A stretch of 64,000 bases of DNA from assembly GCA_905213725.1 (NCBI GenBank), contig CAJMJM010000001.1:577-64576 (forward strand). Direction: 5' to 3'. The DNA is from Collinsella aerofaciens. Its GTDB lineage: Bacteria > Actinomycetota > Coriobacteriia > Coriobacteriales > Coriobacteriaceae. The notes under the pieces were generated by a model, which searched no databases, had not been told where the DNA came from, and was given only the letters and a program-made list of their open reading frames with translations. The position numbers and the translations under genes are program-made. Below are positions 29,498 through 39,627 of this stretch, one piece after another. Numbering within the stretch: the stretch's first letter is position 1; the number at the start of each line of letters is the position of its first letter.

Positions 29498-30475
29498 CTA
29501 GCTGACGGCTTGTCCTGCGGCGCGACGTGCCTCCCGGCCTTCGACCAGGGAGGGAACCTGTGCCAGGCACACGCCGACGAGAATGATGGCGACGCCCAGC
29601 CACTCGACGACGCCGAGCGGCTCGCCGAGGACGATCATGGCGATGAGCAGGCCGGCGGGGAGTTCCGCGGCGGCCATGACGGTGGAGAGGCCTGCGGGCA
29701 GGTGCGGAGAGCCCATGCCGAAGAGCAGGACCGGGCAGAGCATGCCAAAGAAGCCGGCGATGACGGCAAAGGGCAGGATGCCCTGGGCGAGGACGCCCGA
29801 GACGACGTAGTCCGGGCACACCGTGAGTGACATGATCACGGAGCCCGCGCACACGATGACGCCGCGCTGCTCGGACGAGCAGGGGGCCTCGACCCTGCCG
29901 GAGAGGGTGACAAAGAGGGAGCAGGACACGGCCGCCCCCAGCGCGCAGAGCAGGGCCACGGGGTCGTACCCGGTGATGCCGGTCTTGTAGACGCCGCTGG
30001 CGAACACCGTCCCGAAGACGATGACCAGGGCGGAAACTACTTGGAGGGGCCTCGGCGGCCGGCGCGTCATGACGGTCTGCCACACGAGCCCCAGCCACGT
30101 GAACTGGAAGAGGAGCGTGAGCGCCACCGGGGCGGGCAGCACGCTCATGGCGTAGCAATAGAGGATTGAGGTGAGGCAGGTGAGGGCTCCCAGGCCCATG
30201 AGCTTAAGGGCGAGCTTCCAGCCCACGCGCTGCCAGCGGTGCCCGAGCGCGTGCCCTGCGAGCGTGGCGAGGGCGAAGAAGAGGCAGCCGAACCACGCCT
30301 GGCTCGCCACCACCTGTGCCGAGGTGAAGCCCGCGGCGTAGGCGAGCTTGTAGGTCGTGGCCATCGCGCCGTAGCAGGCGCCGCCCGCAAAGACCTGGAG
30401 CGCCGCCTTGACCTGTCCCGCGCCCGCGGCTCCCGCCTCGGCGGTCTGCTGCTTGATTGTGTTTGTTTCTGCCAT
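29498..30475 (-). CDS. multi-pass membrane transporter (DMT/EamA-like), third gene of the beta-glucoside cassette
   Basis: Start at MAETNTIKQQ (ATG complement 30473-30475); about 10 predicted TM segments; family assignment tentative. Confidence 0.45.
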   Translation of the reverse strand: MAETNTIKQQTAEAGAAGAGQVKAALQVFAGGACYGAMATTYKLAYAAGFTSAQVVASQAWFGCLFFALATLAGHALGHRWQRVGWKLALKLMGLGALTCLTSILYCYAMSVLPAPVALTLLFQFTWLGLVWQTVMTRRPPRPLQVVSALVIVFGTVFASGVYKTGITGYDPVALLCALGAAVSCSLFVTLSGRVEAPCSSEQRGVIVCAGSVIMSLTVCPDYVVSGVLAQGILPFAVIAGFFGMLCPVLLFGMGSPHLPAGLSTVMAAAELPAGLLIAMIVLGEPLGVVEWLGVAIILVGVCLAQVPSLVEGREARRAAGQAVS

Positions 30476-30788
30476 TAGGCTCCCTTCCGTCTGTTGTCTT
30501 GCAGACGCACATCTCGTGCGTCTGTTCCCTGCAGTCGGAAGGTGGGCTCGTGCGGTCCTCTGGCGGTGCATGTGGTACCTGCTGCCAAGACGAAAAAAGC
30601 CACGCAACCGACTGCTCGGTTGCGTGGCAAAAAGGTGGCTAGCGCCCAGAAAAGTCCACGCGTTTTTAGACGGAGACAAGGTACTACATCAGGTGAGATG
30701 CCGTCAAGAAAAGCCGAGGAAAAAAGTAGGTCTCTGCCCGCCGCACCTGTGGTGGTCGTTTCCCCGAACGGGGCGGTGCCGTTGGGGA

Positions 30789-31090
30789 CTGTCTCGATCT
30801 GTAACAGTTGGGGGCCAAAAGTGGGTCTAGATGTTACAGATTGAGATCTTTCCGCAGGCCGATTTCCGTTCATCTAAATCTGTAACACGAGGGACGGATT
30901 TTGCCGAGTAACTGTTACAGATTTAGATCTTTCGGCAGGCCAGATTGGTTTGTCTCGATCTGTAACAGGTGGAGGCCAAAAGTGGGTCTAGATGTTACAG
31001 ATCTAGATTGTTGGGGATGGGTCGAGAGGAATGTCTTGATCTGTAACAGTAAGACCCGGTTTTGCTGAGTAACTGTTACAGATCGAGACA
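30789..31090. repeat. array of four stacked hairpins, block 2 (direct repeat of block 1)
   Basis: Units at 30789-30848, 30870-30928, 30949-31007, 31031-31090 with the same TCTCGATCTGTAACA/TGTTACAGATCGAGA stems. Confidence 0.65.
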
Positions 31091-31230
31091 AACCGACGGG
31101 CCGCCCCGTCCCATCCACCTGCTGCTACCTGCTATCCGCCGATTTCCGTTGCGCTGTTGTATTCCCATGCCATATCCTCTAGACAACTACGCGGCATCAT
31201 CGCCGCCGCGCCTACAAGAGAGGAATGTCC

Positions 31231-33261
31231 ATGACCGCACCTGCCACTAAGCTGCTCCAGCCCATTACGGTTGGCCCCCTTGAGCTCAAGAACCGCATTA
31301 TGTTCCCGCCGCTTACCACCGGCTACGAGGAGCGCGACGGTTCCATTGGCGAGCGCAGCCTGGCTTTTTACGAGCGACTGGCCCGTGGCGGCGTGAGCTA
31401 CATCGTCATCGGCGACGTCGCTCCCGTTATGACCGCAAGCCCCACGCCCAAGCTGGCGACCGCCGCCCAGATCCCCACGTTTAAGGCGCTGGCCGACGCC
31501 GTCCACAAGCACGGTGCCAAGGTCGCGCTGCAGCTGTTCCACCCCGAGTACGACGTGCCCGGTGTCGGCCGCATGGTCATGGGTTCCATGGCTGCCGCCA
31601 AGGCCGCGCAGGAGGCCAAGGCCGCCGGCGACGAGGAGACCTTTGCCGCCAAGATGGCCGAGTCCAACGAGATTCGCAACCAGGCCTACGCCAAGCTGCA
31701 CCACGACATGCAGCACTTTGTGAACGAGGCCAGTGTGGAGCAGCTCACCCAGATCAAGGAGGCCATCGCCGCCTCGGCCGCTCGCGCGCAGCAGGCCGGG
31801 ATCGACGCCATCGAGGTCCACGGCGACCGTCTGGTGGGTTCGCTGTGCTCGGCCATCCTCAACCAGCGCACCGACGAGTACGGCGGTTCGTTCGAGAACC
31901 GCGTTCGCTATGCGCTCGAGGTCGTCGCTGCCATTAAGGAAGCCGCGCCGCAGCTGATGGTGGAGTACAAGCTTCCCGTGATCATGGAGAACCCCGACGG
32001 CACGCCGCGCGGCAAGGGCGGCCTGCAGCCCGACGAGGCCTGCGAGTTTGCCAAGCTGCTCGAGGGCGCGGGCATCGACATGATCCAGGTCGCGCAGGCC
32101 AACCACACCGGCAACATGGGCGACACCATTCCGCCCATGGGCGCCATGCCCTACAACTGGACGCTGCCCGTGGCCGAGCGCGTCAAGGCCCTGGTCTCCG
32201 TGCCGGTGGCAACCGTCGGCCGTGTTGTCTCGGTCGAGGCCGGCGAGAAGATTCTGGAAGACGGCGCGGCCGACATCATCGCCTATGGCCGCTCGCTCAT
32301 GTGCGACCCCGACATTGCGCTGAAGGCCGCCACGGGTGAGCCCATCCGCGAGTGCCTCAACTGCAACAAGGGCTGCGTCGACGCGATTCAAAACCGCAAG
32401 TACATCTCGTGCGTGCTCAATGCCGAGAACGGCGATGAGGCGACCATCGCCATTAAGCCGGGCGAGGGCGACAAGAAGATCGCCGTGGTGGGCGGCGGTA
32501 TTGCCGGCCTGGAGGCCGCGCGCGTGGCGGCCAAGCGCGGTTACGACGTGACCGTCTACGAGGCGAGCGATCATCTGGGCGGCCAGATTGTGCTGGCGGC
32601 CGCGCCTCCGCGCAAGGACGAGATCATGCGCTCGGTCGAGTACTACGAGAAGATTCTGCCCGGCCTGGGCGTGAAGGTTGAGCTCAGCCATGCCGCTACC
32701 GCTGAGGACCTCAACGCCGCCGACGCTGCGATTGTGGCCGTGGGTGCGCACGACGTGGTCATCCCCGTTCCGGGTGCCGATTCGGACAAGGTCGTCTCGA
32801 GCTGGGACGTGCTGGCCGGCAAGGTGGAGCTCCGCGGCCGCGTCGCCGTCATTGGCGGTGGCCTGGTGGGCACCGAGACTGCCGAGTACCTGCTGCAGCA
32901 CGGCTGCGAGGTGGCGATCGTGGAGATGCTCGACAAGATTGCCGCGGGCGAGTCCGAGACCATTCTGCCGTTGATTATGAGCGACTTTGCAGAGCATAAC
33001 GTGGAGCAGCACGTGAAGACCCGCCTGACCGCCATTACCGACGAGGGTGTGGAGGCTGTTCGCACCACCGAGGACGGCGCCGTGGAGCCTGTGATGATTG
33101 CCTGCGATTACGCGGGGAGGGCCGTGGGCGCCAAGGCCAACGCGTTGGATCTGGACGGCGTGACGGTGCCCGTGACCTTCGTGGGCGACTGCTCGGGCGA
33201 GCGCACCGCCGATATCGCGAGCGCCATCCGCACGGCATATCACGCGGCCAACGAGCTGTAG
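31231..33261 (+). CDS. NADH:flavin oxidoreductase, OYE-like TIM barrel + FAD/NAD(P)-binding domain (2,4-dienoyl-CoA/enoate reductase family)
   Basis: About 676 aa; N-terminal OYE motifs (NRIMFPPLTTGYEERDGS, HGAKVALQLFH), C-terminal VAVVGGGIAGLEAA and VIGGGLVGTETA Rossmann motifs; start ATG 31231 (7 nt after GGA) preferred over 31225. Confidence 0.85.
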   Translation: MTAPATKLLQPITVGPLELKNRIMFPPLTTGYEERDGSIGERSLAFYERLARGGVSYIVIGDVAPVMTASPTPKLATAAQIPTFKALADAVHKHGAKVALQLFHPEYDVPGVGRMVMGSMAAAKAAQEAKAAGDEETFAAKMAESNEIRNQAYAKLHHDMQHFVNEASVEQLTQIKEAIAASAARAQQAGIDAIEVHGDRLVGSLCSAILNQRTDEYGGSFENRVRYALEVVAAIKEAAPQLMVEYKLPVIMENPDGTPRGKGGLQPDEACEFAKLLEGAGIDMIQVAQANHTGNMGDTIPPMGAMPYNWTLPVAERVKALVSVPVATVGRVVSVEAGEKILEDGAADIIAYGRSLMCDPDIALKAATGEPIRECLNCNKGCVDAIQNRKYISCVLNAENGDEATIAIKPGEGDKKIAVVGGGIAGLEAARVAAKRGYDVTVYEASDHLGGQIVLAAAPPRKDEIMRSVEYYEKILPGLGVKVELSHAATAEDLNAADAAIVAVGAHDVVIPVPGADSDKVVSSWDVLAGKVELRGRVAVIGGGLVGTETAEYLLQHGCEVAIVEMLDKIAAGESETILPLIMSDFAEHNVEQHVKTRLTAITDEGVEAVRTTEDGAVEPVMIACDYAGRAVGAKANALDLDGVTVPVTFVGDCSGERTADIASAIRTAYHAANEL

Positions 33262-33327
33262 TTAACTTCGCGGCCAGGCGGGGCGGTAGCACGGATCCGC
33301 CTCGCCCGACTGCGTCCCATCGGGTGT

Positions 33328-33372
33328 CAACCGGGGCGGGGTCTGCAAGCGCAGCAGGTCCCGCCCTTTTTG
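33328..33372 (+). terminator. GC-rich hairpin plus T-tract after oxidoreductase gene
   Basis: GGGCGGGGTCTGC...GCAGGTCCCGCCC followed by TTTTTGTTTT. Confidence 0.4.
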
Positions 33373-33706
33373 TTTTGCTCCGGTGGATGGCTATGCGCGC
33401 TAATCACGAGGAGCGAGGGCGTCTACTGCCTTGCGGACCGCTCAGAATTGTTGAGGGAGGGGTTAATACTTATATCCTCTATACCAAAGGACATAAAGAG
33501 ATGCCAATTTTGTTGGCAAGCGAATGACGATTGGCTGCGAGCTAGCTACCAGCGTAAATAATCGATAAAGAAATGTCGTAAATTGGTGTCAAATGCCCAG
33601 ATAACGCCGCGTCTATTTTAATTAACTGCTTTGAACAAACAGTAAAATGCTACTATCTAACTCGCACGTAAGAAAGCAATTTAACGTTTAAGGCTAAGAA
33701 GTAGAA

Positions 33707-34111
33707 GTGGCAGGTATGTCGGAAGCAACTAGGACTCGTACGCATGCGCCCGAGGTTAGGCAGCACGCCGTCGAGATCCTCCAAGAGGGGGTCGGTCACC
33801 GCGCCCTCGCCGCAAAGCTTGGCATTCCCCAGGCCACGGCTCGCCAGTGGGCCCGCGCATATGCCGTGGGCGGTGCCGACGCCGTTCTCAACGCCGGTTC
33901 GCACCATCACACCTATTCGTACGACGTAAAGCTCGCCGTGGTTAAGGACCGTCTGGAAAACGGCTTGACGGTTCGCGATGCCATGATCAAGTACAAGATT
34001 CCCAGCGAGTCTTCGGTCAAGGCTTGGTGCCGCCAGTATCGCGAGAGCGGTGAGTCCGCGCTGGTCGATAAGCCGCGCGGTCGCAAGCCGCGCGTTAAAA
34101 AGGCGGAATAG
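33707..34111 (+). CDS. IS3-family transposase OrfA-like HTH protein (no OrfB; IS remnant)
   Basis: 134 aa, HTH pattern (GVGHRALAAKLGIPQATARQWARAY) typical of IS3/IS150 OrfA; preceded by about 340 bp of strongly AT-rich sequence (33373-33706) unlike the rest of the window. Confidence 0.55.
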   Translation: MAGMSEATRTRTHAPEVRQHAVEILQEGVGHRALAAKLGIPQATARQWARAYAVGGADAVLNAGSHHHTYSYDVKLAVVKDRLENGLTVRDAMIKYKIPSESSVKAWCRQYRESGESALVDKPRGRKPRVKKAE

Positions 34112-34291
34112 CAAACGGGATGGTGCGCCCACAGGGGCGCATTTTTCTTGCCGCCCCTCTGCTCCAAAGCGGACGTGCCCTTGCCCCGTACGCCTAAAAC
34201 TCCCCAGTTGACCGAAAACCCGCCGCCGCTACTCCTCAATTGAGCTATAACGTTAAACAATTGCAGCGTTTTTGCATGGGGGAGTGATGGT

Positions 34292-35155
34292 ATGACGCTA
34301 CTGTATTTCCTTACCCTGTTTCCGCTGGTACCGGCGCTGGGCATGCTGTTCGCGCGCGGCGACCGCGCCCGCGATGCGGTGGGGCTCATAGGTTCCGGCA
34401 TTATTATGGCGGTGACAGTTGTAGTCGCCGTCATGTTTTTTGGCATGGGTCCGCAGAGCTTTGAGGTTGCCTCCGGCACCTCGCATGTGCTCTCGATCAT
34501 CAGCTCCGTCATCGACGTCATCCTGTGCGCCGTAATCCTGTACAACGCGTACAAATATAGGAGCGCGCTCACCACGGTGCTCGGCATAGTCCAGCTGGTG
34601 GGCTCGCTCGCCTTTGCAGCCATGACGCTGCCCGCGGCCGAAGCCGTCACGGCAACGCCGCTCTACCTGGACTACATGAGCGTGATCATGGTGCTCGCCG
34701 TCGGCATCGTCGGCAGCCTAATCTGCGTGTATGCCCTGGGCTACATGAAGGACTTCCAAGCGCACGATGAGCACGAGGCAGCGCTGCGCGGGCAGACCGC
34801 GCCCGATCGACGTCCGCAGTTCCTGGCACTTATGTTCCTGTTCCTCTCGGCCATGTTCGTCATCGTGACGAGCGACAACCTTGAGTGGCTGTTCTGCGGC
34901 TGGGAAATTACCACCGTGTGCTCGTTCCTTATGATTGGCTACACGCGCACGCCCGAGGCCATCAAGAACGCCTTTACCCAGATCATCCTCAACATGCTGG
35001 GCGGTATCGCGTTTTTGGCCGGACTCATGTATCTGCACGTTAACGGCATGCCGCTGACCATCTCGGGCATGATCGAGCTTTCCAGCGCCGGAACCGCGCA
35101 GTCCGCACTGCTGGTGATGCCGGTCATCCTGTTGTCGCTCGCCGCACTCACCTAG
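34292..35155 (+). CDS. echA: Ech hydrogenase membrane subunit EchA (NuoL/MrpA-like antiporter module), N-terminal 287 aa up to TM7, ending at in-frame TAG
   Basis: NuoL-like N-terminus and GWEITTVCSF (TM5 Glu); ORF stops at TAG 35153-35155 exactly where the conserved TKSAQ lysine is expected. Confidence 0.7.
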   Translation: MTLLYFLTLFPLVPALGMLFARGDRARDAVGLIGSGIIMAVTVVVAVMFFGMGPQSFEVASGTSHVLSIISSVIDVILCAVILYNAYKYRSALTTVLGIVQLVGSLAFAAMTLPAAEAVTATPLYLDYMSVIMVLAVGIVGSLICVYALGYMKDFQAHDEHEAALRGQTAPDRRPQFLALMFLFLSAMFVIVTSDNLEWLFCGWEITTVCSFLMIGYTRTPEAIKNAFTQIILNMLGGIAFLAGLMYLHVNGMPLTISGMIELSSAGTAQSALLVMPVILLSLAALT

Positions 35156-35164
35156 GCCGCACAG

Positions 35165-37174
35165 ATGCCGTTCCTCACTTGGCTGTTGGGTGGCAGGGTT
35201 GCCCCCACGCCCACGAGCGCCCTGCTGCACTCGTCAACCATGGTCAAAGCCGGCGTGTTCCTGATGGTCAAGCTGAGCCCGCTCTATGCCATCTATCCCG
35301 TGACCGGCTTTATGGTCACGAGCGTGGGCGCCATCACGTTTTTGCTCGCTGCCCTTATGGCCATCTCGCAGAGCAATGCCAAGCGCGTGCTCGCGTACTC
35401 CACCATTTCCAACTTGGGCCTCATCAGTGCTTGCTTGGGTGTCGGCGCGCCCGAGGCCGTATGGGCGGCCATCTTCCTGATCCTGTTCCACACGGTGGCA
35501 AAGTCGTTGCTGTTCCTGTGCGTGGGCACGGCCGAGCATCATATCGGCAGCCGCAATATCGAGGACATGGACGGTATGTTCAGCCGCATGCCGCACCTGA
35601 CGCGCCTGATGATGCTGGGCATCATGGGCATGTTTGTGGCGCCGTTTGGCATGCTCGTGTCCAAGTGGGGCGCCCTGGTGGCGTTCGCGCAGACCGGCAA
35701 CGTGCTCATGATTATGGTGCTGGCCTTTGGCTCGGCCGCGACGTTTTTCTTCTGGGGCAAGTGGCTTGCCAAGCTTTCGGGCGTCGACCCCACGGCTCAA
35801 AACGTTGAGGTCAATGTCCATAAGACCGAATGGATGGCCCTCAACACCATCGCCGCGCTGCTGATTCTGTGCTGCGTGGCGTTCCCGGTTATCTCGAGCG
35901 GTCTGGTGTCGCCTTACTTGGCCATGGTGTTTGGCCGCGTGCCGTACGTTATTGGCAAGGACGCCATGTACCTGATGGTGGTTATCGTGGCGTTTATCGC
36001 CGTGGTGCTGCTGACTTCATTCCGAGTGAGCAACAAACCGCATGTAAACGTATATCTTTCGGGCGTGGGAACCGACAAATATCGCCATTTCCGCGGCTCG
36101 ATGGGGCACGAGGTGAAGGCCGAAAAGCGCAATTGGTACTCGGAGGACGCCCTTGGCGAGAAGCGTATTGGCCCCGCGGGTAGCGTCGTGTGCTGCAGCA
36201 TTATCTTGTTTGCGCTGCTGTGTTGCGCGTGGATTGGGCCCGAGCGGCTTGCCATGAGCGCGCCCTCGGTGCTGCGCGGCAAGTATTTCGAGGGTTCGGG
36301 CGTCGTGGGCATTTTTATTGGCACCGTGGCGTTTGCCTTGCTGGCGCCTTTGGTTGGTGGCCTGATCGACGGCGTTGACCGCAAACTTTCGGCCCGTATG
36401 CAGGGCCGCGTGGGCCCGCGCCTGCTCCAGCCTTTCTACGACGTTGCCAAGCTGCTGCGCAAAGCCCCTGCCAGCGTAAACACCATGGACGATACCTATA
36501 TGGCGTGCGCGCTCATCTTTACCGTCGTGGGCGGCGGCATCTTTGTGTCGGGCTCTAACACGCTACTGTGCGCTTTTATGGTGACGCTCGCCGCGATCTT
36601 TGTGGTGTTGGCGTCCGCCTCGACGCAAAGCCCGTTTGCCCAGGTTGGCGCCGATCGTGAGTTACTGCAGGTTATGAGTTACGAGCCCGCCGTTTTGCTG
36701 ATGAGCGTGGGCCTGTACCTTGCCACCGACAGCTTTGATTCCATCGCCGTGACGGGGCAGTCGGCCCCCATCATCGTGTACAGCGCGCCCATTTTCCTGG
36801 CGCTGCTCGCGGTGCTTACCATCAAGCTGCGCAAGTCGCCGTTTGACCTTTCGTACTCGCATCACGCGCATCAGGAGATCGTCCAGGGCGTCGCCACCGA
36901 GATGAGCGGCGGCACGCTGGCCAAGATGACCCTTATGCACTGGTGCGAGACCGTGCTGTTTTTGATGTGGGTGGGCATGTTCTTTGTTTGGGACAACCCC
37001 GTGAGCTGGGTTGTAGCCCTGGTCGTGATGGCCGCGACGTATTTTGTCGAGGTCCTGATCGACAACACCTTCGCACGCAGCACCTGGCGCAGCTGCTTTA
37101 GGCTCGGATGGGGCGTGGCGCTGGTGTTTGGCCTGCTCAACCTTATGCCCATCCTCGTTGACGTGTTTATTTAG
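35165..37174 (+). CDS. EchA C-terminal part (from TM7b) fused to EchB (NuoH-like)
   Basis: Begins AAQMPFLTWLLGGRVAPTPTSALLHSSTMVKAG (NuoL/MrpA TM7 motif minus the Lys), same frame as 34292-35155; C-terminal third carries the NuoH/EchB signature GLIDGVDRKLSARMQGRVGPRLLQPFYDVAKLL. Confidence 0.7.
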   Translation: MPFLTWLLGGRVAPTPTSALLHSSTMVKAGVFLMVKLSPLYAIYPVTGFMVTSVGAITFLLAALMAISQSNAKRVLAYSTISNLGLISACLGVGAPEAVWAAIFLILFHTVAKSLLFLCVGTAEHHIGSRNIEDMDGMFSRMPHLTRLMMLGIMGMFVAPFGMLVSKWGALVAFAQTGNVLMIMVLAFGSAATFFFWGKWLAKLSGVDPTAQNVEVNVHKTEWMALNTIAALLILCCVAFPVISSGLVSPYLAMVFGRVPYVIGKDAMYLMVVIVAFIAVVLLTSFRVSNKPHVNVYLSGVGTDKYRHFRGSMGHEVKAEKRNWYSEDALGEKRIGPAGSVVCCSIILFALLCCAWIGPERLAMSAPSVLRGKYFEGSGVVGIFIGTVAFALLAPLVGGLIDGVDRKLSARMQGRVGPRLLQPFYDVAKLLRKAPASVNTMDDTYMACALIFTVVGGGIFVSGSNTLLCAFMVTLAAIFVVLASASTQSPFAQVGADRELLQVMSYEPAVLLMSVGLYLATDSFDSIAVTGQSAPIIVYSAPIFLALLAVLTIKLRKSPFDLSYSHHAHQEIVQGVATEMSGGTLAKMTLMHWCETVLFLMWVGMFFVWDNPVSWVVALVVMAATYFVEVLIDNTFARSTWRSCFRLGWGVALVFGLLNLMPILVDVFI

Positions 37175-37186
37175 GAGGCGGCATCC

Positions 37187-37807
37187 ATGGATCATAAAAT
37201 GTCGCGCTCGCCGTGGGTCATTCATTACGACGGCTCGAGCTGCAACGGATGCGATATCGAGGTGCTGGCCTCGCTCACGCCGCTGTTCGATGCGGAGCGC
37301 TTTGGCGTGGTCAACACCGGCAACCCCAAGCATGCGGACATCTTTTTGGTGACGGGGTCGGTCAATGCCCAGAACCTGCCCGTCGTGCGCCAGATCTACA
37401 GCCAGATGCTCGAGCCCAAGTGCGTGGTGGCGTGCGGCATTTGCGCGTGTTCGGGCGGCGTATTCCGCGATGCCTATAACGTGATCGGCGGCGTGGACCG
37501 CGCGATTCCCGTGGACGTGTATGCGCCCGGGTGCGCCATTCGTCCCGAGACCGTGATCGATGCCATCGTGGAGGCGTGCGGCATCCTTGATCAGAAGGAG
37601 GCCGTGATGCGCGCCGGCGGTGACCCGCTTACCGTGGGCGGCGCTGCTACCTGGGATGGCGGCGTCGAGTTGGGCGAGGACGGGTTCGTGGCTGCAGCTG
37701 GGGCCGGGGCTGACGGTGCCGGTGACGCGCCTGCCGAGAAACCCGCAGCGCCTGCCGCTGGTGACGCACCTGCTGAGACGCCCGTCGCTGCAAAGGAGGC
37801 CGAGTAA
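37187..37807 (+). CDS. echC: Ech hydrogenase small subunit (NuoB-like, [4Fe-4S]) with Ala/Glu/Pro-rich C-terminal tail
   Basis: GSSCNGCDIE...CVVACGICACSGG...YAPGCAIRPE cysteine pattern of NuoB/EchC. Confidence 0.85.
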   Translation: MDHKMSRSPWVIHYDGSSCNGCDIEVLASLTPLFDAERFGVVNTGNPKHADIFLVTGSVNAQNLPVVRQIYSQMLEPKCVVACGICACSGGVFRDAYNVIGGVDRAIPVDVYAPGCAIRPETVIDAIVEACGILDQKEAVMRAGGDPLTVGGAATWDGGVELGEDGFVAAAGAGADGAGDAPAEKPAAPAAGDAPAETPVAAKEAE

Positions 37808-38526
37808 TGCAAAAGGCTATCTATACCACCGTCGGGCTCGACGAGCTCCTGCCGCATGTGCAGGCGCTCAAGGGCGTCGGCGCGCGCTTTGTGCAAATGC
37901 ACGCCGAGCGCTGTGTGGACGACGGATCGTATCGCCTGGTCTATACGTTTATCAACGTCCGTGCTGCTCAGGAGCAGATTGCGCAGGACGGCAGCTATGC
38001 GATCGAGAACCTGGTGGTTGAGGGAATTAATCAGTACCAGGAGATTCCGTCCATCAGCTCGTACTATCCGGCAGTATTCCCGTTTGAAAACGAAGCGCAC
38101 GACCTGTTTGGTTTTGCCATTACCGATATGCAGATTGACTTTAAGGGCTTTTTCTACCAGGTCTCGACTGCCGAGCCCATGAGCGTTATCACGCCCGAGG
38201 TGAAGGCCGCGCGCGAGAAAGCCATGAAGGTCCGTGCCGCTGCCGAGGCCAAGGCGCGCAAGGCCGCGGCCGAGAAGGCTGCTACTGCCACGGCCGCTGC
38301 GGGGGAGGGCACTGCGGGCGCTGGCGATGCTGCGGGCGCTGCCGTCGCTCAGCCCGCTGCGGCTGCCGGCTCCGATGCTCAGCACGATGAAACTGCTGCG
38401 AAGGCCGCGCTCAAGGCTGCCGAGATGGAGGCAAAGCTCGCCGCCATGGATCCCGAGAAAGCGGCCAAGGTCCGCGCGGCGCTTGCCGCCAAGGCCGCCC
38501 GCGACAAGCAGAAAAAGGAGGCGTAA
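37807..38526 (+). CDS. echD: Ech hydrogenase subunit EchD (NuoC-like) with about 110-aa Ala/Lys/Glu-rich tail
   Basis: N-terminal about 130 aa NuoC-like (RFVQMHAER...RLVYTF...FENEAHDLFG); start overlaps echC stop (TAATG). Confidence 0.7.
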   Translation: MQKAIYTTVGLDELLPHVQALKGVGARFVQMHAERCVDDGSYRLVYTFINVRAAQEQIAQDGSYAIENLVVEGINQYQEIPSISSYYPAVFPFENEAHDLFGFAITDMQIDFKGFFYQVSTAEPMSVITPEVKAAREKAMKVRAAAEAKARKAAAEKAATATAAAGEGTAGAGDAAGAAVAQPAAAAGSDAQHDETAAKAALKAAEMEAKLAAMDPEKAAKVRAALAAKAARDKQKKEA

Positions 38527-38531
38527 GGTCC

Positions 38532-39620
38532 ATGGCACATCGCTCCGTTATTCCGTTTGGCCCGCAGCACCCGGTGCTGCCCGAGCCGCTTCATCTGGAC
38601 CTGGTAATCGAGGACGACCGCGTCATCGAGGCAATTCCGCAGATCGGCTTTGTGCACCGCGGGCTCGAGAAGCTCACCGAGAAGCGCGACATGCACCAGT
38701 TTGGCTACATCGCCGAGCGCATCTGTGGCATCTGCGCCGTGGGCCACAGCTACGGTTATGCCAGCGCCTGCGAGCGCATGCTCGACATCGAGGTGCCCGG
38801 CCGCGTGCAGTATATCCGCACCATTTTGCACGAGCTTTCGCGTATTCATTCGCACCTGTTGTGGCTGGGTCTGCTCGCCGACGCCTTTGGCTTCGAGGCA
38901 CTGTTCTATCGGTCGTGGACCCTGCGCGAGCAGATTCTCAAGATCTTCGAGAGCACGTGCGGTGGCCGCGTGATTCTGTCGATTAACGAGATCGGCGGCC
39001 TTAAGCACGATATCGAGGACTCCGAGCTGGCCGGAATTGTCCAGACGCTCGATGCCATGCGTCCCGACTACGAGGCCCTGGTGCATACGTTTTTGGACGA
39101 TGACAGCTGCGGCGAGCGCTTGCATGGCGTGGGTGTGATCAGCAAGAAAGATGCGCTGGATCTGTCGATGGTCGGCCCGTTTGGGCGCGCCTCGGGCGTG
39201 GATTACGACGTGCGCATGTTTGGCGACGGTGCCTATGCGGATCTGGTTGCGTTTGAGCCCATCGTTGCTACCGATGGCGATTGCTATGCCCGCTGCCAGG
39301 TGCGCTGTGCCGAGGTCACGCAGGCCATGGACATCATTAAGGAGCTTGTGGGCAAGATTCCGCACGACGGGATAGGCGGGCGCACCAAGCTTACACCGGC
39401 CGACGGCGCACGCGGCGAGGTTGTGATTGAGCAGCCGCGCGGCGAGGCGTATTACTATGTGCGCGGTAACGGCACCAAGAACCTGGACCGCTTCCGCGTG
39501 CGCACGCCGACGTCGCAGAACCTGGCGGGTCTGACACATGCGCTGCAGGGCGTGCTCCTTGCCAACGTGCCCATGATTATCCTGACCATCGACCCCTGCA
39601 TTAGCTGCACGGAAAGGTAG
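38532..39620 (+). CDS. echE: group-4 [NiFe] hydrogenase large subunit (EchE/NuoD-like)
   Basis: 362 aa; N-terminal Ni-binding RICGICAVGH and C-terminal DPCISCTER motifs; size typical of Ech-type (group 4) large subunits. Confidence 0.9.
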   Translation: MAHRSVIPFGPQHPVLPEPLHLDLVIEDDRVIEAIPQIGFVHRGLEKLTEKRDMHQFGYIAERICGICAVGHSYGYASACERMLDIEVPGRVQYIRTILHELSRIHSHLLWLGLLADAFGFEALFYRSWTLREQILKIFESTCGGRVILSINEIGGLKHDIEDSELAGIVQTLDAMRPDYEALVHTFLDDDSCGERLHGVGVISKKDALDLSMVGPFGRASGVDYDVRMFGDGAYADLVAFEPIVATDGDCYARCQVRCAEVTQAMDIIKELVGKIPHDGIGGRTKLTPADGARGEVVIEQPRGEAYYYVRGNGTKNLDRFRVRTPTSQNLAGLTHALQGVLLANVPMIILTIDPCISCTER

Positions 39621-39627
39621 GCGCGGC

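Noticed and set aside
30499-30521. Hairpin CAGACGCAC-ATCTC-GTGCGTCTG in the leader of the minus-strand transporter gene
   Set aside because: Single short palindrome with no recurrence elsewhere in the window. It could be an operator or attenuator but there is nothing to support a specific call.
35153-35155. Pyrrolysine decoding of the amber codons as an established fact
   Set aside because: No pylT-like tRNA or pylSBCD genes are in this window and Pyl use is not known to me in this lineage. Kept only as one of three hypotheses in the findings, not asserted.
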